64,000 nt of DNA from Carcharhinus longimanus (taxonomy: Eukaryota): positions 93,040,923 through 93,104,922 of the forward strand of contig JASCQW010000081.1 of assembly GCA_030264375.1 (NCBI GenBank), in the 5' to 3' direction. Below the pieces are notes generated by a model that was not told where the DNA came from, searched no databases, and was given only the letters and a program-made list of their open reading frames with translations. The position numbers and the translations under genes are program-made. Below are positions 37,021-50,100 of this stretch, one piece after another. The first letter of the stretch is position 1; each line of letters opens with the position of its first letter.

Positions 37021-40000
37021 TTTTGCGCACAATACTACAACAGTGTGCTTTTCGCTAGTTTGGTTCAGAGTGTAATTCTGGCAATAAAGGCGTTTTGGCT
37101 GACGGAATGCAGTTGAGCATCACACCGCCTGTTTTCTTTTGGACGGCGCTGAAGATGATTCATCTCAAGTATTGCCGGTGAAACTAAACGGATGATGATT
37201 ATGTTTTTCTCTTTTTGGAGCAGGTAGTTGCCTCACAATTTTGTGGCGCGAATGCTATTTGCCACTTTCAGCCCAAACCCAGAAAATAAGAAGAATTGAA
37301 TTTCGTTTGAAAATCTTGGAAATCTTGACACTCTCAGAAAAAAAACACTTTCGTGTATCACCATTTGCTCGTTGAATAATTCAAAATTCCATGATCTGCA
37401 TAAATGATCGAGCATCACTGTGTAATGATTACAGTCAATTGAAACAAACATTTGCGAAGGAACAGATGGACCAATGGTGCATGATGACTGGGAAAATCAT
37501 TTCTACGTAAACAGAAGTAAAACCAAGGAAAAAATGAATCCAGTGCCAATAAAGACGTTTTTTTACGAGATGAAATAAGATCACTGTTCTTCTGGAATTA
37601 GTTTCACTGATGCCTGAGTTAAAAACCACTCCAAAATATTAAGAGTGGCTTTGGGGTACATATACTTCATGAAAAATAGAGGTGAAAACAAAAGTTGGCA
37701 TGGAGTGGGGGTGCGGGACTTGGATGTTGTCTAGGAATTCTGTTTCTACAGGTCAACGATCATGCAGTTGCAATTTGCTGTTGGAGTTGCTTTGATGAAT
37801 TCCAGCGAAACAATATGATGCAAAGGTGTGAGTTTGACTAGTGTGGTTCAGGGGGTCGTTGTCACCTTTAAATATTGTTGGCTGTCGGACTGCGTTTGAA
37901 CACCAAGACATCTCCTTTCTATTGGGTGTCGTTGAATTTGTTGAGAGATTTCTGGAGCTACATCTATCATGGCAAGTCGAGGGTATTCAGCAATATTACT
38001 TAATTGCACGTCGTCCATGGTGATCACATTTTTCGGGTGATCGTTGGAACAAGAGGTAATTAGCTCATTCGGGGCTTCCAAGCCTCTCATCTGTTGTTCC
38101 AGCCGCAATATTTATATGACGGTTACTGTTCAATTTTTATGCAAAATTTACTCCAAGGATTTTGGTAACGGTGGATTCAGCGATTATATTATAATTTTGT
38201 CTCAATGGCTGTCGGTTATGTATTTCTCTTCTTGGCACAGTATGTTGCCTCATAATTCTGTGGCGTGAATTGTACTTGCTGTTCATCAGGCAAAATGGGG
38301 AACATCAGAAGAACCTGAACTGTTTGTTGATAAGATAGAAAAACTTGAGAACTCAGACAAATATACCACTGTAGTACACGTGCGACCACTGACTCATTTA
38401 TTAATGCAAGATCCTGTTACGAAAATGGTTGATGCTCAATGTGTAATAATTACAGTCAATCGAATCAAGCACTTGTAAGTTGAACAGATGGACTAGTGAA
38501 ACACAATGAGTAGGGACACGATTCCATAAGTAAATGGAAACACGCGCCAAGGAAAGAAAATGCAGACAATACGAAAGCAAACGAAATTTTACGAGACGAG
38601 ATAACAGAAAAGTGCCATAGTTGTTAGTTTTAATGATGTCTTAGTTAAGCAAAGTCTCCAGGAATTTACGAGTGGCATCGACACAGATTTACTTTATTGG
38701 AAGAAAAGAGATACGAAAATTGGACTTCTTTATGTATGACCTGATGTAACGTCCAGCTTGTCTCGATCTGCTTAAATGCAGAAGTAAAGCAAAGTAATCT
38801 TTCCAAAGCACGAAGGATGCCACAGAACTTATCAGATTTCAAATGACGTGTCCGTTATAAGGCGTAGCCACTTTCCTGCTCAAACTTCCATCAGTTCTCC
38901 TTTTAATGTTACATTCCATTTTGCTTTCATCTTGCAAAATTAAATTGATGAGATGAAAATTGAATGGGAATTAATCATTTCGAATGGAGAAAATGCTCTA
39001 TTTCTGGCCCTCCTCCACTCTGTAGGTTAATCGCGTTAGCATTAAATTCAGAATTCCACTTAAAAAGAAAAACACCAACATGAACGTTCTTTATATTTGT
39101 TAAAAAGAAGTAGTGGCTGACTGCTAGAGCAGAAATTAATGGTCATCACAAGGGGTGGTGATCTCTATTTCTGGAGTTCATGAGATGTACCTATTCCCAC
39201 AGTGTGGCTAATAAGCGTGTTCCATGATTTTGACTATTCAAAATCGATGGCATGGCAATACACTGTCATTTCAAGTGGTCTAGATATGGAGTTCGGGGCG
39301 TGCATCTGTAGGTTGTCAAGGAATTCCGTTTCTACAAATCAGCAGTCATCAGTTTGGAATTTGCTATTGGAGTTGTTTTGATGAATTCCAGCAGACAAAT
39401 CGTATGCACAATGTTGCAACGGTTTGAGTTTGGCATGTGATGTTCAGGAATTAGTTGCGGCCTTAAACGATTGTTGGCTGACGGAATGCGGTTGGACATC
39501 AAACTGTATGCTTTCTATTGGATTGCGTCGAAGTGAATTTATATGTTGCATTAACATTGGTCTCAATGAAAGGATGTTATATAATTCTCTTCTTGGAGCA
39601 GCTTTTTGCGACACAATTCTGTGGTGCAAAAGTTAATTGCCAGTCATCATCTCAAGACAGGATGATCAGAAATGCGTGTATTTGAATTGATAATGTCTAA
39701 ATCATTGCTATTGGCAGACAATTACTCAAGTTTTGTAAAGTGCATGGCCGTTCGGTCATTGAGCAGTGCAAAATCTCCTTATCAATTGAAATTGCCAAAC
39801 AGCTCTGTGTAACAATTAAAGCCAATTGAATCAGGTATTTTTAAAATGACGAGATGGATTCATGGCACACAATGACTGGGGGCATTATTCCACAAGTAAA
39901 TGAAAGCAAACACCAAGAAAAATTGAAATTTTTAACACAAAATCTAAATTTTACAACAGCAGAATACTGTAGGTGTTCGTTTCACTGATGCATTAACTAA

Positions 40001-42594
40001 GAAACTCCTCCAAAATATCAAGTGCGGCATTGAGGCAAATTTACGCTATTGGAAATAAAGNNNNNNNNNNNNNNNNNNNNNNNNNNNNNNNNNNNNNNNN
40101 NNNNNNNNNNNNNNNNNNNNNNNNNNNNNNNNNNNNNNNNNNNNNNNNNNNNNNNNNNNNNNNNNNNNNNNNNNNNNNNNNNNNNNNNNNNNNNNNNNNN
40201 NNNNNNNNNNNNNNNNNNNNNNNNNNNNNNNNNNNNNNNNNNNNNNNNNNNNNNNNNNNNNNNNNNNNNNNNNNNNNNNNNNNNNNNNNNNNNNNNNNNN
40301 NNNNNNNNNNNNNNNNNNNNNNNNNNNNNNNNNNNNNNNNNNNNNNNNNNNNNNNNNNNNNNNNNNNNNNNNNNNNNNNNNNNNNNNNNNNNNNNNNNNN
40401 NNNNNNNNNNNNNNNNNNNNNNNNNNNTGAAACCCTATTTTCTAAAACAAACAAAGACCAACTGTATTGATATTCATTCATGACAAGCAGTGGTTACCGG
40501 CTAGACCAGACATTAATGCTCACCAGAAGACAGAGGCGATCTGCATTTGTGAAACACTACAGATCATCCAGCGTACGCACACTCACAATGCTGAAAGAAA
40601 GAGTGTTCTGTGATTTTTGACACAGTGAAATTGATGGTCTGGCAATATATTTCAATGGTGTTAGCATTTGGTGTGGGAGGCGGAGGGGTGGTGGTGGTGG
40701 GGTGGGGGAGGGGGGGCGTGGGTACGGGGGATTGACTTGAACGTCGAGGAATTCCGGTTCTGCAGATTGCCGGTCATGTTTTTGGAATTTGCTGTTGGAG
40801 TTGTTTTGGCGTATTCCAGCAGGGGACTTCTGTAAACAATGCATAAGAAGTGTTTAACTCGTTGCATCCTTACAAAACTCTGTTGCTGTTATAGCCACAG
40901 TAGTTAGAAAACTGGAATTGTTCAGTAACTGATAACGGTGGATTCACCGACTGTATTTCCATTTAATCTCAATGGTTGACTGTTGTCAGCCGAAACCGAG
41001 AAAATTGGGAGAACTTGAATTTTGGCTGATAAACTTGAAAGTGTTGATAATCTTAGTCGAATATAACACTTCTGTGCAGCACCTGACCAAACACTCACTG
41101 AATAGTTCAAATGCTATTATTAGTGGTAATGATCTAATATCAGTCTGTAATAATTCAAATCAATTGCACCAGCACACTGACATTGGACAGACAGTAATGA
41201 TGCACAATGACGAGTGCAAAATTATACAAACAAATGGAAGCAAGCATCAGCAAACATTGAAGTCAATACGAATGAAGACGGCATTTTAGTAGACGTGATG
41301 AGGCTATAGAAGCACGAAGATGCATTCTGACATCGGGTGGTGCTAGGTTTCTCGAAGAACCTTGCTTCCGCCTGTCAGCGGTCATGGTGTTGGAATTTGC
41401 TATTGTAGTAGTTCTGATACATTACATAAGATGAATCTTTTGCACAATAGTGCAACGGTGTGAGTGTAGCTTGTCGGGGTGAGGGAGTGCTCCGTGTCTT
41501 GAATCATTCTTGCTTAAAGGAGTGCGATTAAACGTCAAGTCGTCGGCTCTCTGTTGGATGGCATTGAAGTTGTTGTATACTGCTGGAGTTTTATCAATCA
41601 TGGGAGATCGATGCAATTCAAGCTTACTCCTGAACTGTACATTGTTTTTGAAGAAGAATCTATCAAGGCAGGTCGAAGCTATAGATTTACATTCCGCAAC
41701 TGTATTTTGCAGATGGTGGACAGGATTTGTAGCGGGTTCGGCTGGAACAAGAGATGTTTAACTCGTTACACACTTCCTAGCGTCCCTTCTGCTATTCTAG
41801 CCACAATATTTGTATAGCTGGCACAGATCAGTTTCTGGTCAAAACGACCCCGAGGATCATGATGCCGGTGGAGTGAGGGATTGGGTTGCCATTTTTTCTC
41901 AGTTAATTAGGGCTATGTATTGTCGCTTCTTGGAGCAGATTCTTACCCTATAATGCTGCAGCACGAATTCTGCATGCCACTTTGCAGTACAAGACGTGAA
42001 AATCAGCACAGCTTGAATGTATTTGGATAATCTTGATAATCGCTAACAATAACACCGCTTGAGTACAGTGTGTGACCACTGGATCATTCAATAGTGCAAA
42101 ATCCTCTCATTTGCGGAAACGTTAATTTGTATCAAATGAATCAAGTGTTAAGTTGAACGAATGAACCGCTGGTACACAATGTTTGGGGAAAACATAGCAC
42201 AAGAGAATGGAAGCAAACACCAGGAGCAATTAAGTCAATTCCACTGAAGACAAATTTTATGAGTCGAGATAAGACCAGGGTGCAGTGAGTATTTTCATTG
42301 CTGAGGCCTTAATAAAACAACCCCGACAGGATATTCCGAGCGGCATTGGGGCACATTTACTCAGTGAAGCAGAGAGGTAGGAAATATTGATTCATTGTTA
42401 TGTTACCTGATTTTTGGTCCATCCAGTCTCTGTCTGCTCAAATGGACAAAAAAAGCTCATTAAACATTCCGATGTTTGACGCATGCCACAATTTGAGCAG
42501 ATTTCAAATAACGCGTCATTCACCTTCATGAATAATTCACATTGCTTTTCAGGAAGTAAGTTTTCTGCCGAGTCAATCAGTTCCTAAATGTTAA

Positions 42595-44410
42595 TCGAGA
42601 ACACAGAAGAGTACAGCACAGTACAAACGCTTTGGCCCTCGATGTTGTGCCGAGCTATTTCCAAACCCAAGACCAAGCTATCCCATTCCCTATCATTCTG
42701 GTGTGCTCTATGTCCCAATCCGATAACCGCTTGAAAGTTCTTAAATTGTCCGACTCAAGTATCAAAGTGGGTATTGCATTTGACACCCCAACCACTCTCT
42801 CTATAAAGAATCTAACTCTGACATCCTTCCTATATCTCCAAACATGAGCCTTATAGTTATGGCCTCTAATAACAGCTACGTCCCCCCGAGGAAATAGAGT
42901 GGACGTGCAGAGACTATCCGCCTCATCAGCTTATAAACTTCTATTAAATCGCTCTCATCCTCCTCCGCTCTAAAGAGAAAAGCCCCAGCTCCCTCCACCT
43001 TTCCTCATAAGACCTACCCTCCAAACCAGGCAGCATCCTGGTAAATCTCCTNNNNNNNNNNNNNNNNNNNNNNNNNNNNNNNNNNNNNNNNNNNNNNNNN
43101 NNNNNNNNNNNNNNNNNNNNNNNNNNNNNNNNNNNNNNNNNNNNNNNNNNNNNNNNNNNNNNNNNNNNNNNNNNNNNNNNNNNNNNNNNNNNNNNNNNNN
43201 NNNNNNNNNNNNNNNNNNNNNNNNNNNNNNNNNNNNNNAGTGGCAACCTTCAGAGATCTGTGAATATGAACCCCAAGATCTCTCTGTTCCTCCACATTCC
43301 TCAGAACCCTGCCGTTGACCCTTTAATGCACATTCAAGTTTCTCCTACCAAAATGAATCACCTTGCACTTATCAGGGTTAAACTCCATCTGCCACTTTTC
43401 TGTCCAGTTCTGCACCCTATCAATGCCTCTTTGCAGACTACAACAACCCTCTATCTCATCCACTACTCCACCAATCTTTGCATCATCAGCAAATTTACTA
43501 ACCCAACCTTCAACCCCCTGTTTCAAGTCACTAATAAAAACCGCAAATAGCAGAGGATCCAACACTGATCCCTGTGGTACACGGCTGTAAATTGGCCTCT
43601 CGTCTGAAGATTTTTCCCTCCACCACCATCCTCTGTCTTCTATGACACATGTGGAGATGCCAGCGTTGGACTGGGGTAAGCACAGTAAGAAGTCTCACAA
43701 CGCCATGTTAAAGTCCAACAAGTTTATTTGCTAGTAAACCCACTAGCTTTCGGGCTTTGCCCTTTCATCAGGTGAGTGGAGTGTCCACTCGTCTGACGAA
43801 TGGGCAAACCCCAAAAGCTTGTGGGTTTACTGTCAAATAATTTTGCTGAACTTTAACATGGTGTTGTGAGACTTCATTCTGAGAGACAGCTGGTTACTTA
43901 TCCAATTAGTCAAATTTCCTTCTTTCCCACACATCCTTACTTTCTTCATGCGCCTACATTGGGGAACCTTATGAAACGCCTTACTATCATCCATGTATAT
44001 GGCAACAACTGCTCTACCTTTGTCTACACACTTAGTTACTTCCTCAAACAATTCAGTCCAATTTGTGAGCCAGGATTTACTCCTCAAAACCGTGCTGACT
44101 ATCCCGGATAAAATTGCATTTTTTCCCAAATGTCCATAAATCCTATCTCTTCGGATACTTTCCATTAAGTTACCGACCACTGAAGTAAGACTAACGAAAC
44201 TATAATTACCAGGGTAATTCCTATTTCCTTTCTTGAAGAGAAAAATAACATTCACCACATTCCAGTCCGCTAGCACAATCCCCATGGACAGTGAGGAACC
44301 AAAGATCAAAGCTATCTCATCTCTTGCCTCCCGAGATATCTGAGGATGGATCCCGTCTGGCCCACGGGACTTATTGACCCACACGTTTTTGTAATTTTGT
44401 AATGTCTGCA
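42595..44410 (-). mobile_element. CR1 LINE, 5'-truncated, spanning a gap, with a nested Penelope-like foldback
   Basis: ORFs 43833-44411 (KSRGPDGIHP...SKAFHKVP), 43323-43565 (VSKFADDAKIGG..WQMEFNPDKC) and [31 protein letters not shown]. Confidence 0.92.
43648..43878. mobile_element. Penelope-like inverted terminal repeat (foldback) with hammerhead-like cores
   Basis: Arms ~43688-43780 and ~43784-43876 are reverse complements. The minus strand reads CTGATGAAAGGGCAAAGCCCGAAAGC. Confidence 0.75.
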
Positions 44411-45949
44411 AACTTTTGTATTATGTGTTTTGCAAGTGACATTGATGCGATTGGAAACTAAAGGGAATCAACCTTATCGAATTGACGGAAAGCTATTTAT
44501 GTTTTGGTGATCTTGCATTTTGTCGGATAACAGGGGTAACCTTAAATTAGGAATGTATATTTTTTTCTTGTAAATTATAAACAGCACATTGTACTTTGTT
44601 GATATTCATTCAGGACAAAAAAAACAGTCTCTGGCTTGACCAGAATTTAATATACACCACAAGGTAATGGCGATCCACATCCATGGAACCTTGCAGATCG
44701 TGTTGTGTACGTCCTCCGAAAATGGTGTTACTCAGAGTTTTCCATTATTTGGACAAAGCAACATTGAAGATGCGGCAATACATTTTATTGTCAGGATGGT
44801 GCTGCATATGGTTTGGCACGGGCCTGGGGAATGACTTGATGATACTGGCATTCCGTTTCTATAAATTCTTGGTCATCTGTTTGCAATTTTCTGTCAGCTT
44901 TCCTGCTGAGTCATCTGTTGCACAATCACCCCAATGCGTGGCGCTGCCTTGCGGCATTGACGCCATGATGTGGGAAGATGAGTTTAAAGGATTGCTCAGT
45001 GACAGAGTGTTGTTGCATATCAATCTGCCTCTTTCCTTTGTTTGTCATTGATGCTGTTGAGTATTGCTTGAGCTATATCTTTTAAGGCATATCGACGACA
45101 TTTTGATTCCTTATTCGAATAGAGAAGATCGTTGATAGCTTTTCTTTCGAAATGGGACGAAAATGGCAAGTGGTGATTACTGTTTTACACATTTCTTAGT
45201 CTCCTGCATGTTGTTCTAGCCATAGGATTTATATGATGGCATCGTTCAGTTCCTTGTCAAGAAAGACCTTCTGGATATTCATAAATATGGATACAGCGAT
45301 TGTGTTGCCACTTAATGTGAAATGATGATTGTTATGTATCCTCTTTTCTTCGGACAGTTGGTTCCAACACAACTCGTTGACATGAATGGTCTTTGCTGCT
45401 TAGCTGCCAAACAGGGATAATCATGAAACTGGAATTTCGCTTGATAATATATAAAAGTTGATATTCGCAGGCAATTACACAGTTTTAGTACAGTTTATGG
45501 CATTAAACAATGTAACATCCAATTGTCACTGCCAATGAAAACGTGTAATAATTACAGTCAACTGAATCAAATAAATGGAAATTGAACGATGACACAATGA
45601 CTCAGGATTGCTGAGGGACATCGTTTTACCGAGTTAATGGAAGCAGTCGCCAATATAATTTGCGCGAAATTAAAGAGAAGAGACGAGATAAGTCAAAAGC
45701 GCAATTGGTACTACTTTTACTGATGCCACAGTCATGTAATACCTCCGAGACATAACTTTGGCAGCGAGACAATTGTGGATTATTAGAAGAAGAGACGTAA
45801 GACAAATTGCCTTCTTGATATAAAACTGATCGTATGCCCATTTTGTCTAGCTCTGCTCAGGTGAATATGTAAATATTTAGAACCTTTTCTATACCTCGGG
45901 CGTGCCATAGAATTCCTCCGATTTCCAATGACCGGTCGTTCACCTTCAT

Positions 45950-46025
45950 CAGGTTGGAAGGCTGAAGGGCCTGTTTCCTATGTTCTACTGTTCTTTCTTT
46001 GCTCTTCGTTTTTTTGTTCTATCAG
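45950..46025 (+). mobile_element. CR1/HE1 3' tail fragment
   Basis: ggctgaagggcctgtttcctatgttctactgttct. Confidence 0.6.
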
Positions 46026-46849
46026 CCAGGCTCTTTCGACTCAGGAATCTCCTTTAGTACTGAAACTGTCATAACCGTCATCATTTCACCTCCGTATTAA
46101 AATTGCAAAATCTGCACTATTTTGCTTTTAACATTTTTCAATATTATACTGATATGTTGGTAAGCTTATTGGAATCTACATAACTGTTTCTGTTTAGACC
46201 AGAATTTAATACTCATCCAAAACGCTGTTGATCTGCATCCATGAAGCCCTGTTGTCCATACCATGTACGTACACCCACAGTCATGTCAGTGAGGCTGTTG
46301 CATGATTTTCAGCCAGCAAAATTGAAATACCGCAATAAATTTTAAAGTTGGGTTCTTGTTGGCTATGGTGTGTGTTTGAGGCGTTGGGGAGCAGGGGGGT
46401 TGGGTTAATTGAATGTGTTACTTCCAAATCCAGTGGGCATAAATCGGCAATAATAATTTCAAATAGAAATAACGCTTTCCATCTTTGCTTCGTCGTTTAA
46501 TACCGGTTAATCCAGAATCGTTTCTGTACGCTGCTCGGGAGAACAATGAGGTGGTTCCTCGGGTGAATACCTGATTTATATCCCCGCGCTCCCTTTCCGA
46601 TTGCCCCCGCGCCTATCTTCCTCTACGGTAAAAAAAAACACACAAAAAAATCCCGGGATCCGGCAATAGAGAAAAAAAAAACTCGAACGAAAATCGAACA
46701 CTCACCGCAGCCACNNNNNNNNNNNNNNNNNNNNNNNNNNNNNNNNNNNNNNNNNNNNNNNNNNNNNNNNNNNNNNNNNNNNNNNNNNNNNNNNNNNNNN
46801 NNNNNNNNNNNNNNGTGACTATCACTGTTTGCTGTGCAGATACATGGAT

Positions 46850-47125
46850 TTGGGCCAGTGTCTGTGGGAGTTTGCACATTCTCCCTGTGCTTGTGTGGGT
46901 TTTCTCCGGGTGCTCCGATTTCCTCCCAGACCCCAAAGATGCGCTCTTAGGCTGATTGGTGTAACAAATTGTCCCTAAATTAGTCTCCCCTCAATCGGTT
47001 TTCCAATGTGGAATGCCATAAGCATAGACAAGGCTTGTGAGGGAACTCACAGTGTTGAATTGGCGGCGCGGGCTCGTTGGGCCGGAGGGCCTGTTTCCCG
47101 TGCTGTGTTGTTTTTTGTTCTTTGT
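46850..47125 (+). mobile_element. V-SINE/HE1-type SINE
   Basis: ggagtttgcacattctccctgtgcttgtgtgggttttctccgggtgctccgatttcctccc, then a CR1-type tail gggccggagggcctgtt. Confidence 0.85.
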
Positions 47126-50100
47126 TTTTCTGTGTAAAATAATGCGCCAGCTTGTACGTTTTTTTTTAAATATTCTTTCATGAGATGTAGTGATTACCGA
47201 CTAGACCAGAAATCAAATGCTCATCAGGAAGCGGAGCTCAACTGGTCCATTAAAACCTTGCACCATACTATGCAGGTATACACAGAATAATCATAACAAG
47301 TATATGCTATGCTTTTGGCACAATGAAATTGATGGCACGACAACGTATTTTAATCTTTGGATATGTGTTGGTAAGGCACGGCGGGGAAGGTGGGGTGGTG
47401 GGAGATGGGACCTGAACATTGTGGAGTAATTGAATTGCTAAAAATCAACGATCATGTGTTTAGCATTTGCTATTGAGTTTGTTTTCATCAATTCCAGCAG
47501 AAGCATCCTGTTCAAAATGATGCAACGGGTTGAGTTGTTTTGTGGCGTTGAGTGGGTGGTCAGCGCGTTCAAGAATTCTTGGCTGAGGAGTGCGGTTGAA
47601 TATCAAGCCGCTTGCTTTCGACATGATGACGTTAAAATGATTGAGTGCTGATGTACCTTCTTTACGGCAGGTACAGGCTATCCAATCACGTTCCTTAACT
47701 CTACGCTGTAGATGGTGGACAAATTTTGCAGAGATATCGGCTGGAACAAGAGGTGATTAACTTGTTACATTGTCCTTATCCTCTTGTTATCGGACAACAA
47801 ATTTTATGAAATTGGGCAGACAGTATGGAAGCAGACTAAAGTTACACTCAGAGCCTCTCCACTAAAAATCACAAAGTACGGACACAGACGAGCAGGCAAG
47901 AGCATCCTTTTAGAATATAAATGAGGGCTAGCACACAAGGGAAGCTGGACAGGATGGCACCTACAGGAACTAAATTAAAAATCACATTCCCACCCCGTCA
48001 AAATCAGCACTTCTAAAACAGTCAACAACCCATGGAGACACCTAAAATTAGCATAGCTAAGGAACGTCCATGGCCCCTCAAACCTCTTCTGGGATCAATG
48101 ACCTATGATTCAAACTTCAAAAGTTCTAGACCAATAATAACCAATCAGACAAAAACGATTAACACACACTTAAAAAAATTTCCCCAACTCTTGTAAACAT
48201 CGAGACCGGATAGCTAAGGTCGAATACTGTAAATAAAGTATTAGCATTTGAATCGCATACTGCAACGAAGTTCAGGTATAACTATAGCCCGCTGCGGTGA
48301 ATCATTAGAGCGCTTTCGGGACAGTCCGATTGCATGCCCTGACTGCACTTCTCCGTCGACGTAAAAGAAAACAAAGCTATGCCGTTAGTGAACTTCACCC
48401 TGAGTCCGTAGTGGTCGTTTCGCCCACTCGCGCTAACACTCTCATCCGACCACATCAATTATATAGGTTGAATTGTTCAGTTTCTGGTCAAGAAGGAGCC
48501 CGAGTTACAGATGGAATTAGGAATTGAATTGCCATTCAATTTCAGTTAATGAGGGGTTTGCTGTCTCTCTTCTTGTTGCGGATGCTCACCTCAAAAATCT
48601 GTGCCATGACTGCTACTTGTCACTTGGCAGTCCAAACCAGGATAATCGGTAATACTTAAATTTGTTTTGATAATCTTGAACATCTTGACAACAGCTGACA
48701 GTTGCACACGTGAGAACAATGTATGAGTTTATTGAACAATGCGAAATCCTCTTACGAGAGGAAATGATCAAAGATCAACGTATTATATGTATGGTCAATT
48801 GAATCCAGCATTTGTAAAATTGAGCAGATGAACCAACGACATAAAATGGCTGGAGACATCATTGTACAAGGAAATGGAAGCATGCACCAGGAAAAGTTGA
48901 AGTCAATTCCAAAAAAGTTAATTTTTACGAGACGAGATAAGAGCAGACCTCAACAGGCGTTAGTACTGCTGCGTGACTTAGTAAACTAACCTACTCCAAA
49001 ATATTTAGAGTGGTACTGAGACATATTTGGGCTATTGGAAGCAGAGAGGTACGAACAAATGATTTACTCATCTGTTGCCTAATCTTTGGTCTATCCTGTC
49101 TCCAATGGACAAGTAAAATTCATTCGTCGCTCTGAATTTCGAAGTGTGCCACATAACTGAAGTAGGGAAAAGGTGAATGCGTTTTGTACCTGAAGGGAAT
49201 GCGTTAATGGATTTTGTACCTAGAATATGTCACACGCATAACCCTTTCGCGCGGCTGATCTCCTTTAGCTTACACTGCTCCTGGCAGTAATATACGTTAT
49301 TTGTTCATGTGTTTCATGTTTTAACTCTCATTTTATATATAAAAAAAAGTTTAATGTCGCTGTTATTTTGTAGAATTTGCAATCTTACCTATTTGTGTTA
49401 TAGTCATCGTTACACAGATGGCAGTTTACGATATCGGTTTTTAACAGCTTCTGACGGCAGATCGCGATACCGGCTTTTAACAGGAAGAATCCTGTTGGAA
49501 CAGCCACGATCGCTCAAGTAACTTCAAAGACAGGGATGGCCGTACTGCTGCAGAAGGCGTCTCTGTGTCCTGACTGCAGGACTATAATTCCTGATTAACT
49601 CTGGGACTGCATCACGATCTAGGAAGGAAGAACTGGAGGTTTGGCAGGATTTGAAACTTTGAATCGTGATTCCTGCTGGAGCTCATGATGTATAAATACC
49701 CACTTGTGTTTTTGCTCTATGAGAAGTCTGTAGTCCAACTTCTCCCAAAGCTCTTGAATGAACACAGGAGCTTTGAAATAAACACCACAGTATGTTGACT
49801 CACTCACGAATACTTTGAGGTATTATTTTACCTACAACAGAAATGATTAGATTTCAAGCCACAGCTGATTATTCTTCATGAGGAACTCGCGTTTGTTTTC
49901 AGGACTTTGCTCAAAATCCAACACTTCCCATTTTAATCTAAGGTTGCAATATCTGCAAAAAAAAAGTGTTGTAAATCTTTTACAAATTAATTGTTGTGGC
50001 GGGAGGCGTCGTGAAGTCGAGCTCATAAAGTTGTACAGCATCTCTGTGAAGGATGTAAAATAATCGATGGAAAGAAAACAGTGTATGGTCTCTTTACATA

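Noticed and set aside
24028-46936. Longer ORFs containing X runs
   Set aside because: They are artefacts of reading through N gaps.
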